The position numbers were made by a program, and so were the translations under genes. DNA of 63,910 bases, filler included, from Folioceros fuciformis (Eukaryota), in NCBI GenBank assembly GCA_049999805.1. It is 7 parts of 7 records of this genome, joined end to end, with 100 filler letters (N's around TTAATTAATTAA, not from the genome) between each part and the next. Parts side by side here need not be neighbours in the genome. Positions count along the whole stretch, not along the records: positions 1 to 28,982 come from JBNGIO010001106.1; 6 more parts are not named here. One strand, 5' to 3'. Shown here in pieces: positions 1 to 11,353 of this stretch; positions within the stretch are counted from its first letter, which is position 1, and every line of letters begins with the position of its first letter. The notes under the pieces are model-generated. The model did not search any database, had not been told where the DNA came from, and worked only from the letters and a program-made list of their open reading frames with translations.

Positions 1-565
1 TCAGCTCACCAGGCCAAGGACACAGCGCTGATGCAACCCAACGTGGACATGTACCGCCTTATTCCTTTCGAATCCCATGGAATGGAACATTATATGGAAA
101 AGAAAGGAAAGGAATGGAATGGAATGGAATTTTTACTGCCTTTTACATTCCCTCAGCTAATAAATTCCCCTCCCTTTGTTTCTCTTTCTCCTTACCAATG
201 CAGACAAAGGCAGACAAAGGCAGACAAAGGCAGGCAGGCCCGTCCCCTGGAAGAAGCTGGGACTCCCACTCCTCCCTTTCAAAAATTCATATTACACTGC
301 TGCCCACCTTACTTTACTCTTCTTTCCACCAGCACCATGGCTGGCTGTGGCCAAGGAATCTAGAGAATACTTGGTACGTTAACAAAATATTCCACTCTCC
401 CCCCCTTTCTCTCCAAGCCAAGGCAAACCCAGCTCTGATCACCCTCGCCCCTTTGCAACACTCTCTCTCTACGTGTGTAAGTTGGGCAAGTACTTTTTGT
501 TGCCTCGGTACAGTAGTACTGGTTTGTGTCATGTGCTGTACTATTAGGGCTACCTTCTATGAACA

Positions 566-628
566 CAGCACAACAACACAACAACACAACACAGCACAGC
601 ACAGCACAACACAACACAACACAACACA
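566..628. repeat. (CAA)n/(CACAG)n/(CACAA)n microsatellite
   Basis: Runs of caacaacacaa / cacag / cacaa seen directly; (CCCAA)n also occurs at about 775-801. Confidence 0.85.
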
Positions 629-1926
629 AGGAGAGAAGGAGCATATATTATTTTACTCCACTTCAACAGCTATGTGGAACATAGGAGGAAGAATATTTAG
701 GGCTGATTCGAACATGTCCTAGAGAATCAAACCTCACTTCAAAAATGTCCTAGAGATCAACTTCAAACCAAACGTCCCAACCCAACCCAACCCAACCCAA
801 CAGAAAGCGCAAGGAATGCAATTCAGTTATTCTTATGGGGTGTATTTTAGTGGCCATGGACAAGGTCTTTTCCTCTCTTTTTTTTCCTTTTTTTTTCTTG
901 GGTGCTTGTCAGCTGGACAAGAGACATGACCCACCTCCCATTTTCCTCTCTTATTGGAATGGAATGGACTGTCTCTCTCTCTCTCACGGCCATAGGGCAT
1001 TGAGCCCAATGAGACAAATTTATTTGAATCTACTTCATCTTTACATACTAATGCATGCAACACATGTTGGAGACACAAATCCATCTTATCCTTAACAAAA
1101 CTGGTAACCTCATGTCTAGTCAACCATCAAAAATTAAACAATAACCAAAAAATAATACCTTTATTAGCTAGCTGCTTGTTGGACATAACAATATTCCAAT
1201 GTGGTGTCGTGTCTGTTTTTTGTCTCTTTTGCAATAGGAATGGTGGTATTACGGGAATTAGTGTTTTGTGTTGACTTTACGTACTCTATCAAGCTTGATA
1301 TTATTATATCATCCCATAAATGCTGGAGTATATTTGTCTCTCTATGTTGTATGTGTTGTTGTTTCTCATGCCCACTACTGTTTTTTCTCTTTCTCTTTCT
1401 CTTTCTCGCACAATTAACTTCGTTAATTCTCTCACTTGTCTCTAGGGCCCTACTGCTCTCTAGTACCCTCACATACTTGCTCTCATGACATAGATAACCC
1501 TCTCTTGCTTACTTGGATCGATCTACAGCCCTAAGTTCAATGACATATGCTAAATGCCTAAAAATTAGATAGAATCTTCAAGATTTTATTCATTTGTATC
1601 CTTGTCAAAAATGGCAGGCAGTGTCAATCCACCTACTGTTCATGGTGGTGAATGCTTATCACATTATTCGAAGCTACTCAAATTTGGGACTTTATCTTCA
1701 AGACTATCAGCTAGCTTGTCCCCACATAGCTCAAGCATCTATGAAAACACTCTCTGAGTAGTTACTGTAATTCTTAACAAAAAAGAAAAGAAAAAAGCAT
1801 CTAATGTATATTACGTATTTATCCTCTATAGATTTTGTTTTTAGAAAAAATATTTGTTTAACTGCTTCTTTGTGAGGACTCTGCAAATATTATTGGATTA
1901 TCACGTGGATATAGGCTTGAAAGAGA

Positions 1927-1980
1927 AGGGTTTAGGGTTAAGAAACCTCTCTCTTAAGGGTTTAGGGTTTAGGGTTTAGA
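1927..1980. repeat. Short interstitial telomere-like (TTTAGGG) tract
   Basis: agggtttagggtt...agggtttagggtttagggtttag matches the plant telomeric heptamer. Confidence 0.75.
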
Positions 1981-2546
1981 AACCTACATTAGAAACCGCT
2001 CTCTTTCAATGCACCGGGTCAGTAGCTTTTAGTAGGGTTCATGTAGAACTTAAAGTGCATGGCTATAGCTTCCAAGGATAATTTCACCCACATTCATTGG
2101 TAACCTTTTCTCTTGGAGACAGCTATTGGTGTCGTTTGGTTTTGTCTCTAAGACTTCTTGTTTATGTTTTATGCGTTTTGCATGTCTCTTTCTACCTATT
2201 TTTACTTATAATTTAGCCTAGTGGATTAGGACAACTAACTCATTCATGCATACTTTAAGCCCATCTTTAAGAGAAGAAATGTGGGCAAGGGCAACAACTT
2301 ACACCTGCATTCTTCCCTTGTTCAACCCACTTTAACTTGCCTTAGTTCCTACTCATTCCTTCTCAAGAAAAGAAATCTTTTCTCTAAACCTTATAACATG
2401 CACTTGGATAAGATTTTTGCCTAACCTTGGTTTAATGTTTAGCCTACTTTCTTGATCATTACCAACAATTATGAATCCTAGGATCCATACTATACTATAC
2501 TATGCACACCGCAATTAAAAGGGCCTTCTTTACTTAACCTTTAATA

Positions 2547-2594
2547 AGGGTTTTAGGGTTTAGGGTTTTAGGGTCTAGGGTCTAGGGTTTAGGG
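2547..2594. repeat. Degenerate interstitial telomere-like tract
   Basis: agggttttagggtttagggttttagggtctagggtctagggtttaggg: about 6-7 TTTAGGG/TCTAGGG units. Confidence 0.8.
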
Positions 2595-3938
2595 TAGATG
2601 ACTTTATGCACGATAGACAATGTTATGACTCCAATGGTAGGTACACTCTTTCCCTTCCCTGAACCATGATGTATCCATTGGTAGTCTTAAATCAAATGTT
2701 GTTGGGGACTAGCCCTCTTAGGCATAGTCAGCTTTGTATGGATAGCTTCCTCTCTTTCAAGGTAGATGAGTTTATTCCACCCTATTTTACACTAAAGTCA
2801 TTATGGATAGCTAACGAAAATATAGGTGTAGAAAGGCTCTCTCATCTCTGCATAGTTATACAGCCTTTACATTCTCTTATCTAAATAGATGTCAAAGATA
2901 TATATATATATATACCATATGTAGGAACAAAATTATCTTTATTGATTTTCATTTTTTTTAAATAATAATAATTAAATATCATAGTATAAAATTTTGGGGT
3001 AAAAAATAAAAGTATTTAATAAAAATATATTCTAAAAGAGACCCTTTTTATATGTGCCACCTTCATACATTGATGTTTTCCTTTTTTTTCCTTTTTGGTT
3101 TTGGGATTCGTATTTAAAGCTTTTTATTGGTGGTAGTACAAGTAGTTGACTTGGTTAAGCACGTTGAATTTACAAATTGAAACAAGAAAAAAGTGTCAAA
3201 AGAAGTGTGCAACTCAAACATATAAAACTAAAAGAAGCAGAATAAAGATGCTTTGTACCCACAAAAGACAAAAGTATAGCTAACATAGTGTTTGTCAGAG
3301 ATATTTAGTTTTCTACACATGACACTCTGAGCCACGTGATGGCATATAGTCTTTCGATGAGTGGGCTACATGTGGAAAAGATGAAGGAGGATGTCCAGCA
3401 CTGGATTCAACTCGTTTTACATTCACAAGGAAAAAACCCACAACCCACAATCCCTAAATGACGGTTGATTGCCAAGATGTTCCACCTTCTCCATTACTAC
3501 ATAGGATGCTAGCCAAGAGGATATGAGGCACCCATATCACAATCTTGATAAGATGTTTCATGCTTTATGTGAACTGAAACTAAGAAGAACATTAATCTTT
3601 CTGCAAGTAGCTAAAACGGATAGTAGTTTGTTGCATGGATTGCTCGTTGGCAAAATTACATGATGATAAAACTAATCTTAAGACTAACAACACAACTTTA
3701 TTGCCACTAATGCACTCTCTAAGAGGCCTATTGTTGTAATCTTTGTGCGCATTCAAGCACATATGTACTAGCTACAACAAGACATGGAAGCTTAAGATTG
3801 TCTTATCAACTATTATGCCTCTGCTTGCCCATAATGCGCACTATTCGACCCCCAGAGTCCACACAGGCCACCACTTTGCTTGTACTTTCATCTTCCAACT
3901 TCATGCCCTAGTAAACGATCTCTTTCATCAGCTAGCTG

Positions 3939-4133
3939 CATTTCATTAGCACCAGAAGTAGAGTTGTTTGTTGCTAGCACATCACTTATGGAGTTACAAA
4001 TCACATTTCATTAGCACCAGTAGTAGAGTTGTTTGTTGCTAGCACATCACTTATGGACTCACAAATCACATTTCTTTAGCACCAGTAGTAGAGTTGTTTG
4101 TTGCTAGCACATAACTTATGGACTCATAAATCA
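3939..4133. repeat. 65-bp tandem repeat x3, just upstream of the first recognisable kinesin exon
   Basis: Units start at 3939, 4004 and 4069 (catttcattagcaccag...ttatgga...aaatca) and are near-identical. Confidence 0.95.
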
Positions 4134-4181
4134 CCCTCGATTGCTTCATTGGCTTGCTCTTGTTTATGTGAAATTCATCAG

Positions 4182-7100
4182 GTTGCAGTTAGGTGCCGAC
4201 CTTTAACAGCTAAAGAACGCACCAAAAGCCGTGATATCCTTAGTGTGGTTGATGATAAAGTGAGGTCTTTGTTTTCAAGATTGATAAAGTGGAATAGTCC
4301 CTACTAACTAAAGTGATGCTCACTGATTCATGTCATTAAGGTTTGTGATTAGATCTTGTTGTTGGTTGATGCATACAAGCATGCACCAGGTTGTGGTTGT
4401 ACTTGATCCAGATGTCACAAAGGAATATCTTGATCGTGTTCAAAACAGAAGCAAAGAAAGAAAGTATGCATTTGATGTAGCATTCGGTCCAAATGCAACA
4501 AACTATGTAAGTCTTTTTGTGAGGAATATTTTGATGTACTAATTTTCATATTATGCTAATACACAAGTAAGTTTCTTTCATAATATTGTATTATAAATAT
4601 AATTTTTTTTTTAAAAATAATTACAAGATTTTATTTAAAAAAAATAATAAACATTTCACATACATATTCAATTTTAGGATGTTTACAAAAATACAATTAG
4701 TAATGTGGTTGAAGGGGTGGTACGAGGTCTTAATGCTACAATCTTTGCTTATGGTGCTACTGGAAGGTGAAATTAATTTTAATTTAAAAGTTTTCTTGAA
4801 TTTTATGTAGAATCTCATAATTTAAATCATATCAATTAATATTATTACAGAAATAAATTTAAATTATATATTGTGAAATATAGTGGCAAAACACATACAA
4901 TGGCGGGAACAGCCGATGATCCTGGACTTATGGTCCAAAGCCTTCAAGCAATTTTTGCACTCATATCAAAAAAAGAAAATGAACATGACTTTGAAGTTAC
5001 TTGTTCCTATCTTGAAGTGTATAATGAGGTGCAAAATTTGGAACAATTTGTTGTGTTTTATTCATAATGTGGCTTTGTAATTGTACAATTTTGTTCACGT
5101 ATGTTTGCCTATCGATAGGTGATCTACGATTTGTTGGAAAAATCATCAGCCCATTTGGAGCTGAGAGAAGATCCAGATCAAGGCATTACTGTAGCTGGCT
5201 TGAAGAGAATTCAAGTATGTGCCATTCTTGCATATTTGTTCGCATATGTATGTATGTACATGAATTGTTGATTCATAGTGGTCATCCATATTAGGTTAAC
5301 ACTGCAGAAAAAATTCTTGAGCTTTTAAATCAAGGAAATAATAGACGAAAGACAGAAAGTACGGATGCAAATGCTACATCTTCTCGGTGCTTACTCTTCT
5401 TATCTCTAATCGAGCATTATGTAGCTATAAGACCATCATTCGAAACTAAGGGCAAGTAGGTCATAAAATGTGCTACTAATAAGACCCTATTTGATATCGT
5501 GCTAATAGGTCGCATGCAGTTCTCGAGATTATCGTGAAACGACAACAGAAAAACCAGTATCGATCTCAAGTGCTACGAGGAAAACTAGCATTAGTCGATC
5601 TCGCTGGCAGGTAGATAATCATTAAAATCTTAATATCCTTATTTCTCTATGTGCTTACTGTGTGCTCGGTATAATGTGCAGTGAAAGAGCTTCAGAAACC
5701 AATAACGTCGGACAGAAACTTAGAGATGGTGCAAACATTAATCGCTCACTTCTTGCACTTGCTACTTGCATTAATGTTCTTGGTAAACAACATAAAAAAG
5801 GATTAGCATATGTACCATATCGCAATAGGTATCACTTTATAGTGCCGGAAGATGTCGTTTAAGGAAATTAATGCACCTTGTCAATAGGATTACAAGACAA
5901 ATTGATGTTGATATCTCATGTAACTTTTAATGTGTGTAGCAAATTGACAAGATTGCTTAAGGATGGTTTGAGTGGAAATTCACGAACTGTAATGGTAGCC
6001 ACTGTGTCATCCAGAGATGATCAATATCATCATACAACAAACACTTTGAAGTATGCTGATAGGGCTAAGGAGATTAAAACACATATTCAGGTACGATGAC
6101 ATTTGAGTTAAGGACGTAAGTGATCTTACATTCTTATTACGTTTTGTAAACATGGTTAGTGTTCTGATTTGGCAACATGAATCAACAAAATGTTTGAATT
6201 GTGGCACATGATTTGAGAACCTACATGTGCTTATAAGAAGCAAGAATAGCATAACCTTTTTTCCCCTTTTGTTTACGCAGACTAATATTGGGACAGTAGA
6301 TGCTCACGTTGCAGACTACCAGCGTATGATAGATAATCTCCAGGTATGATGTATTGTTACATAAGATACCAATGTGGGTAGAATGTAAGTTCTTGTGTTT
6401 GCATTATCGTAGTAATTTACGATTATCATAACATAGGGGGAAGTTAGCCAATTACGAAGAGACCTCGCTGATAGGGATACACAACTAAGTGCTCGAACTC
6501 CAGACAATAAGTCCGTAGACGACGAGCTTTCATGGTTGGATGTATTAAGCCACGACATCAATGAAAATGTTGAGGAGAGAATTAATTTACAAAAAGCCTT
6601 GTTTGAACTTGAAGACATGAACTTCCGAAACAAAACTGAATTGCAACAGCTGGATGAATTCATTTCAAAGCAACAAGTAAGGGGTTATGGACTCATGGTT
6701 TGATCATTTCAATGTGAGCCTCATAAGGGCTCAATCTTATTGCAGCAATACCATATTCTTGTGATGTGCTTGAAAAATATTTTCAGAATAATTGCGACAA
6801 AGAAAGAGAAATTTTGCTCGAACGGAGACAAGTTTTAGCTGAAAATATTCGCGAGAATGATGAGGCTGGGACCCACTATCGGCAGGTCCGAACATATTTA
6901 TGAATTTAAACGCATGGTTTGTTGCATTGAAGACATGTAACATGAAATTAGGATGAATAATGTTCAGGACATTGAGAATAATGAAGCTCAGCGGAGAAAT
7001 CTTCAAAAGATGATTGATGAAGTCATTGACAATGATCGGACCAAAGTAACCTTCCTTCGAATTCTTAGTCAATATCGGTTATTGGTAAGTTCATTAAAAA

Positions 7101-8700
7101 TCATTAATACTTTTTTTTATGCAAAATTACATAATTCTACATTATTATAATAGAATGAACATTGAATAGGGAATGACAAATATGGAGCTACAATTTCAAA
7201 TGGCTATTCGTGACCAAATAATACATGATCAAAAAGAAGCCTTAAATAATTTGTGGCTTGTTTTGGAAAACTCTGGTTTAAACCATGAACAACTTTTGGC
7301 TATCGCATCAAAACATGGGATCATCATAGAAGATAACATGACAACGCTAGCATTGCGAAGAAGTGGAAGCCAATGCACACCTCTTAGCATATCATGCACT
7401 ATTCCTAAGCACTCCTCCACTCCTGCAAGGTTCACTAATTTTGTCCAAATTCCTCTTAGTTGCAAATCTTCACGAATTGTGGATTTTAACACGAGAAGAC
7501 TTGAAACCCTGCAAGGGCATGACTTGAATGGATTAGAGAAAGATGAGAATGGAAAGGATTATGGTGCAATGGAAGAGAACGGGAAACATGAGGATAGTAA
7601 TATGATTATATCCAAAAGTTGTGATTGTTCTATAGAGAAACTATGGAAAGGTGATGTTTACTGTGCTAAAACTAAGAACAAGAACTCTAAAGTTCTGAAG
7701 GCTTGGAGAAACACACACCCACATATCATGACTTTGATGCCACAATCATATATTAGTCCTAACAATGGTAATGGGAATAAGGAAGCACCAATAGCACAAC
7801 ACCAAGAAAGGCGACCGAATTCTAGTGAAAGTTGTCAAGACTGGAAGAGTTGGCAAAGCAATCTCACCAATTCTCTGAAAGTAGGAGATGACAATTCTAG
7901 CGAAAGTTGTCATGATTGGAAGTGTTGGCAAAGCAATCTCACCAATTCTCTGAAAGTAGTAGACAATACTTTGCATCTGCATCCAAAAGAATATCCAGAG
8001 TCAAAGTCCCCTGTGAAGGAGAATATGGAAGGAGGGAGTGAGCTCTCACAAAGTGCAATAGATAATGAAGTTCTCCGAAGGGTGAGAAATGTTATTCCAT
8101 CTACTGCCTCCAGATCTTGTGAACTGTACATGTTGATTGATGGTGGAAGAGAGAAAAATTATCATTCATTCTAAGGTAGCTAAGGTTGCTACGCCGTGCC
8201 AGGAATTGTCTCGATTGGACGATGAGCTTGAAGATATGGAGAGGGGAGTAAGCATGGAGACGAATTTATCATGTGGTGACAACAATCCGACGGAGTCTTG
8301 TAGTGAAGACAGCGAGCTCCAAATTCTCACCATGCCACTATTGAGCGAGTGGAAGGAGATGCGTCATCAGAGCTTGATGGAGAGCATGACGAGCTCCTTC
8401 TTCGGAGCCTTCCGGACACGCAACGGTGGCACCACTCCCGTGTCAAGCAACGAAGAGAATCTCAACTTGTACAGCACCAGCAGCAGTAGGATAGACAGCG
8501 TCAGCATGACGAGGATAAACAACAAGACGATGGGATGCAAAAGCACTGGAAGCGATGGTGGAGCATCAAGGGATGGCCCGACCATGGAGTGTTGCGACAG
8601 CAGTAGGGCCAAAGGCAAGGAACGGAGGAAGTCCAAGTTCGGTTTCGCAGCCGCGGCGGGGAGAGCTCGGCAGCTCATGTGGCCGAAGGAGTGGAAATGA
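4182..8700 (+). CDS. Kinesin-8 family motor protein (KIN8B-like), multi-exon; start exon not identified
   Basis: Exons 4182-4259, 4390-4506, 4678-4766, 4884-5028, 5119-5214, 5295-5386, 5509-5610, 5682-5828, 5940-6090, 6281-6343, 6437-6676, 6787-6885, 6968-7084, 7170-8081, 8176(or 8185)-8700 splice in frame at GT-AG. Motifs: VAVRCRP, FAYGATGSGKT (P-loop), SSRSHA (switch I), LVDLAGSER (switch II), [29 protein letters not shown], then coiled coil. The [17 protein letters not shown] segment resembles plant kinesin-8. Confidence 0.92.
7818..7967 (+). repeat. 75-bp (25-aa) in-frame tandem duplication in the kinesin tail
   Basis: [25 protein letters not shown] / [25 protein letters not shown]; units start at 7818 and 7893. 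Confidence 0.95.
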
Positions 8701-9123
8701 GGCGCCCCGTGCACGCAGCGGCACGTGCAGGGAGACGCAGGCGCAGGTGACGGTAGGAGGTGGAGAACCGACGCCGCGCGGGGAGCGCGAGGCCAGGCAT
8801 TTCGTAGACGGCAGCCTCCGGAGGAGCTGTGAAACTGTGCAGCTCGCCTTCTCCGTCTTTGACTGCCATGGGCATACAAACAGGCACACGATGTGAAGGA
8901 CTGCAGCTGATGAGTGGCCTATGGCACAAGCCTGACCGTCCTGTGGGCCACCCACGCTATCCGAACATGGCCGAGCTTTTCAGCATGTTTGCATGTTCCT
9001 CTCCTTCCCTTTTTCGTCCTAGGGTTTCCTTTTGCTGGCAGGCAATCGCAGACTGATGATCAGAGCCTAGCAAGGAAAGCGTGGTTATGATCCTATTTGA
9101 TGTTCCCTGCGGATCAGACATCA

Positions 9124-9202
9124 CCAGGGCCAAGGCCAGGACCAGAGCGAGGACCAGGGCCAGGGCGAGAGCCAGGGTGAGGGCCAGGGCCAGGACCAGG
9201 AC
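9124..9202. repeat. Degenerate hexamer microsatellite (AGGGCC/AGGACC)n
   Basis: ccagggccaaggccaggaccagagcgaggaccagggcc... seen directly. Confidence 0.8.
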
Positions 9203-11353
9203 TTTCTCTTTTCATGGCCGCCGCAGGACGAAACACAAGGAGCAGCTCAAGACAAATCTGGCTGCAGTGCAGTGCGTAGTGCGTTAACTTCCTGCTGGCC
9301 CAGTGCAATGTTCCAGATGATTCATGGACTTGTCATGCCGTGCCTGCAGATGGGACCACAGTTGGGGGTGCAGTACAGCAGAAGCAGGTCACAGGCCCGT
9401 GTTTATGAGAGCTACTAGACAATGAAATCCGTGAGGCCAGGGCCTGCAGGTGATTTTTACATATTCCAGTGTCGGCCTCGGGGGCTGGACAGATCCCTGG
9501 CTGATTTTGCGAATCTGAATCCTGGCTTAAGCAGCAAGTGCAGAGGAGGTCGCCACGTGGCACGGCGTCTCTCTCTCCGGCGCTACCTATGACGACCACT
9601 ATTGTTCTCGGTCTATCGGTGGTGGCTCCTTCAACGAGGAGGAACGGAATCCTGGAAGAAAGAGGAGGATGGGATACAAGCCGATGGCCCCTTGCACCGT
9701 CCAGGGTTTCATTGGTCTCTTCAGGCAACGTTACGGAGGTCAAGCATAGATGCAGCAGCAGCAGGGACTGTATGTGCGTCATCAGGCCGGCCCTGTGGTG
9801 TCCTTGCCCATGCACCATGAATGAGGCCAATGACAATGAATTGATCCACTGCTACAGGTCCCACCTTATCCCTCACGTGTTTGGCCTTTGCTCCTGAGGG
9901 GGATGTGGTTGGCCAGCAGGACTGCAATGACGCCAGACACTATTTAATTTTGCTATGTGGCTTGTGCAGGCCTCGGTGCAACAAACGAAGCATGTACTGC
10001 ACAACACATATGTACATCTACTGTATACTGTATGTATGTGGAGAATGTTGAGGGAGGCTGTGCACCTTGGGCAGGAGAGGTAAAGGTGACGACTGTAACT
10101 GCCTCTGCTTCCGCTTCGGCTACTGCTTCTGCTGTGAAATGTGGATCACCTCATCGCCCAGCACTGATGTGGTGTGAGAGGGCCTTGAATGCCCATGTTA
10201 CTACGACCCAGGCGTGGAGCAGCTCCCAACGGTGTCTCATAGTGGAGACACATGATGGGGTACGTCAACAAGGGCTGCGCAAGGCATGTGATGTGGATGC
10301 GGACAGAGATGAGCTCATATGTGGACGCCGTGCAACAGGAATCAGCTGGCTGGACTGGAGCCAATGAGCATCCAAGCGAGCATGCGAGGGCTGGGATCAC
10401 GCCGGATTTTCCTCCGGCGCTTTTTTGGACAACGCCACAAACATTCCTCGGTCCACCGCCCTCCTGGCATCCATCCTACGACTTCGTGTGGCAAACGTGG
10501 AGGTTCCTGGATGATTTGTCCAAAGTAAGCGGCTAATCGGATCCCGAGAAATTGGCAAGCAGGCCACTTCTCGAAACTGGTAGTATGGTAGGTAGATACG
10601 TACAGCGAGCCAAGGACACAGTGAAGAGTGTCACAAACGGGCCGCGACATGTGAGATGATCTCCAGAACCTTTCAATGTTACCTAGATTCTGCCCTCACG
10701 GCCAGCTCTCTAGCAATTTGTACAGCAGCGAACAAGGTAACAAGAGCCGTTTGTGCGCACTCCCTTTTCCCTCTGAACTCTTTTGTCCTCATGCTACCAA
10801 CAGTGGAAAGCTGGCAGCTACCGACTGGGAGATATCCGAGAAACCCACCTCAGCCCACACCAAAAAAAGGCCGATGGAGACATGGTCGGAGGGGAAGATT
10901 TTTACAAGTCGGTACTGACATTGTGGAATTTTGCTTCCACAGAAGTCGGTGGCCAACTGTTCTCATCAGACAGAAAAACGAGGACAGGAAACGGGTGAAG
11001 GGCATTGGCTTTCCCTCACACTGTAGCCTGACTGCAGGTTGATCGGCTTGCAGCTAGCTGACTGGAATTTTAGTGTGGTTACTGGTACAAAGGTAAATGC
11101 TTCTCAAAAAGAATCGAGGCTTCCATTCACCAGGATGAGCCGTAGCTTGCATAGGAAGGTGGGTTCGATCGCTGCATGCCGTTATGACCCGGACCGCCCC
11201 AGCCAGATGGCATCCCTGGCATCCCTGGCATTGCTGGCCTGCAAGACCCAAAACATTGATCAACTCAGTCAGCCTCTCGGACACATAGGAGAAAAAAAAG
11301 GAGTAACCACGATACGAATCATGGCAGCAAAGCTTGGAGGAGACAGCATTTCT

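Noticed and set aside
31..1488. Short ORFs at the window start
   Set aside because: Dominated by microsatellites and hydrophobic low-complexity translation; no family features.
1612..3610. Candidate kinesin first exons (ATG at 1612, 2619, 2738 and others)
   Set aside because: Several phase-0 donors are possible and none can be chosen without transcript data.
3939..4133. CRISPR-like appearance of the x3 repeats here and at 19350, 22291, 42280 and 43487
   Set aside because: Head-to-tail tandem units without unique spacers, no cas genes, eukaryotic context.
8137..8174. Apparent frameshift or overlapping gene at the kinesin 3' end
   Set aside because: Explained by a canonical phase-0 intron starting at 8082.
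8701..11350. Several 60-170-aa ORFs, including an Arg-Ala repeat ORF at 9081-9287
   Set aside because: No recognisable domain or consistent splice model; the Arg-Ala run is a translated hexamer microsatellite.
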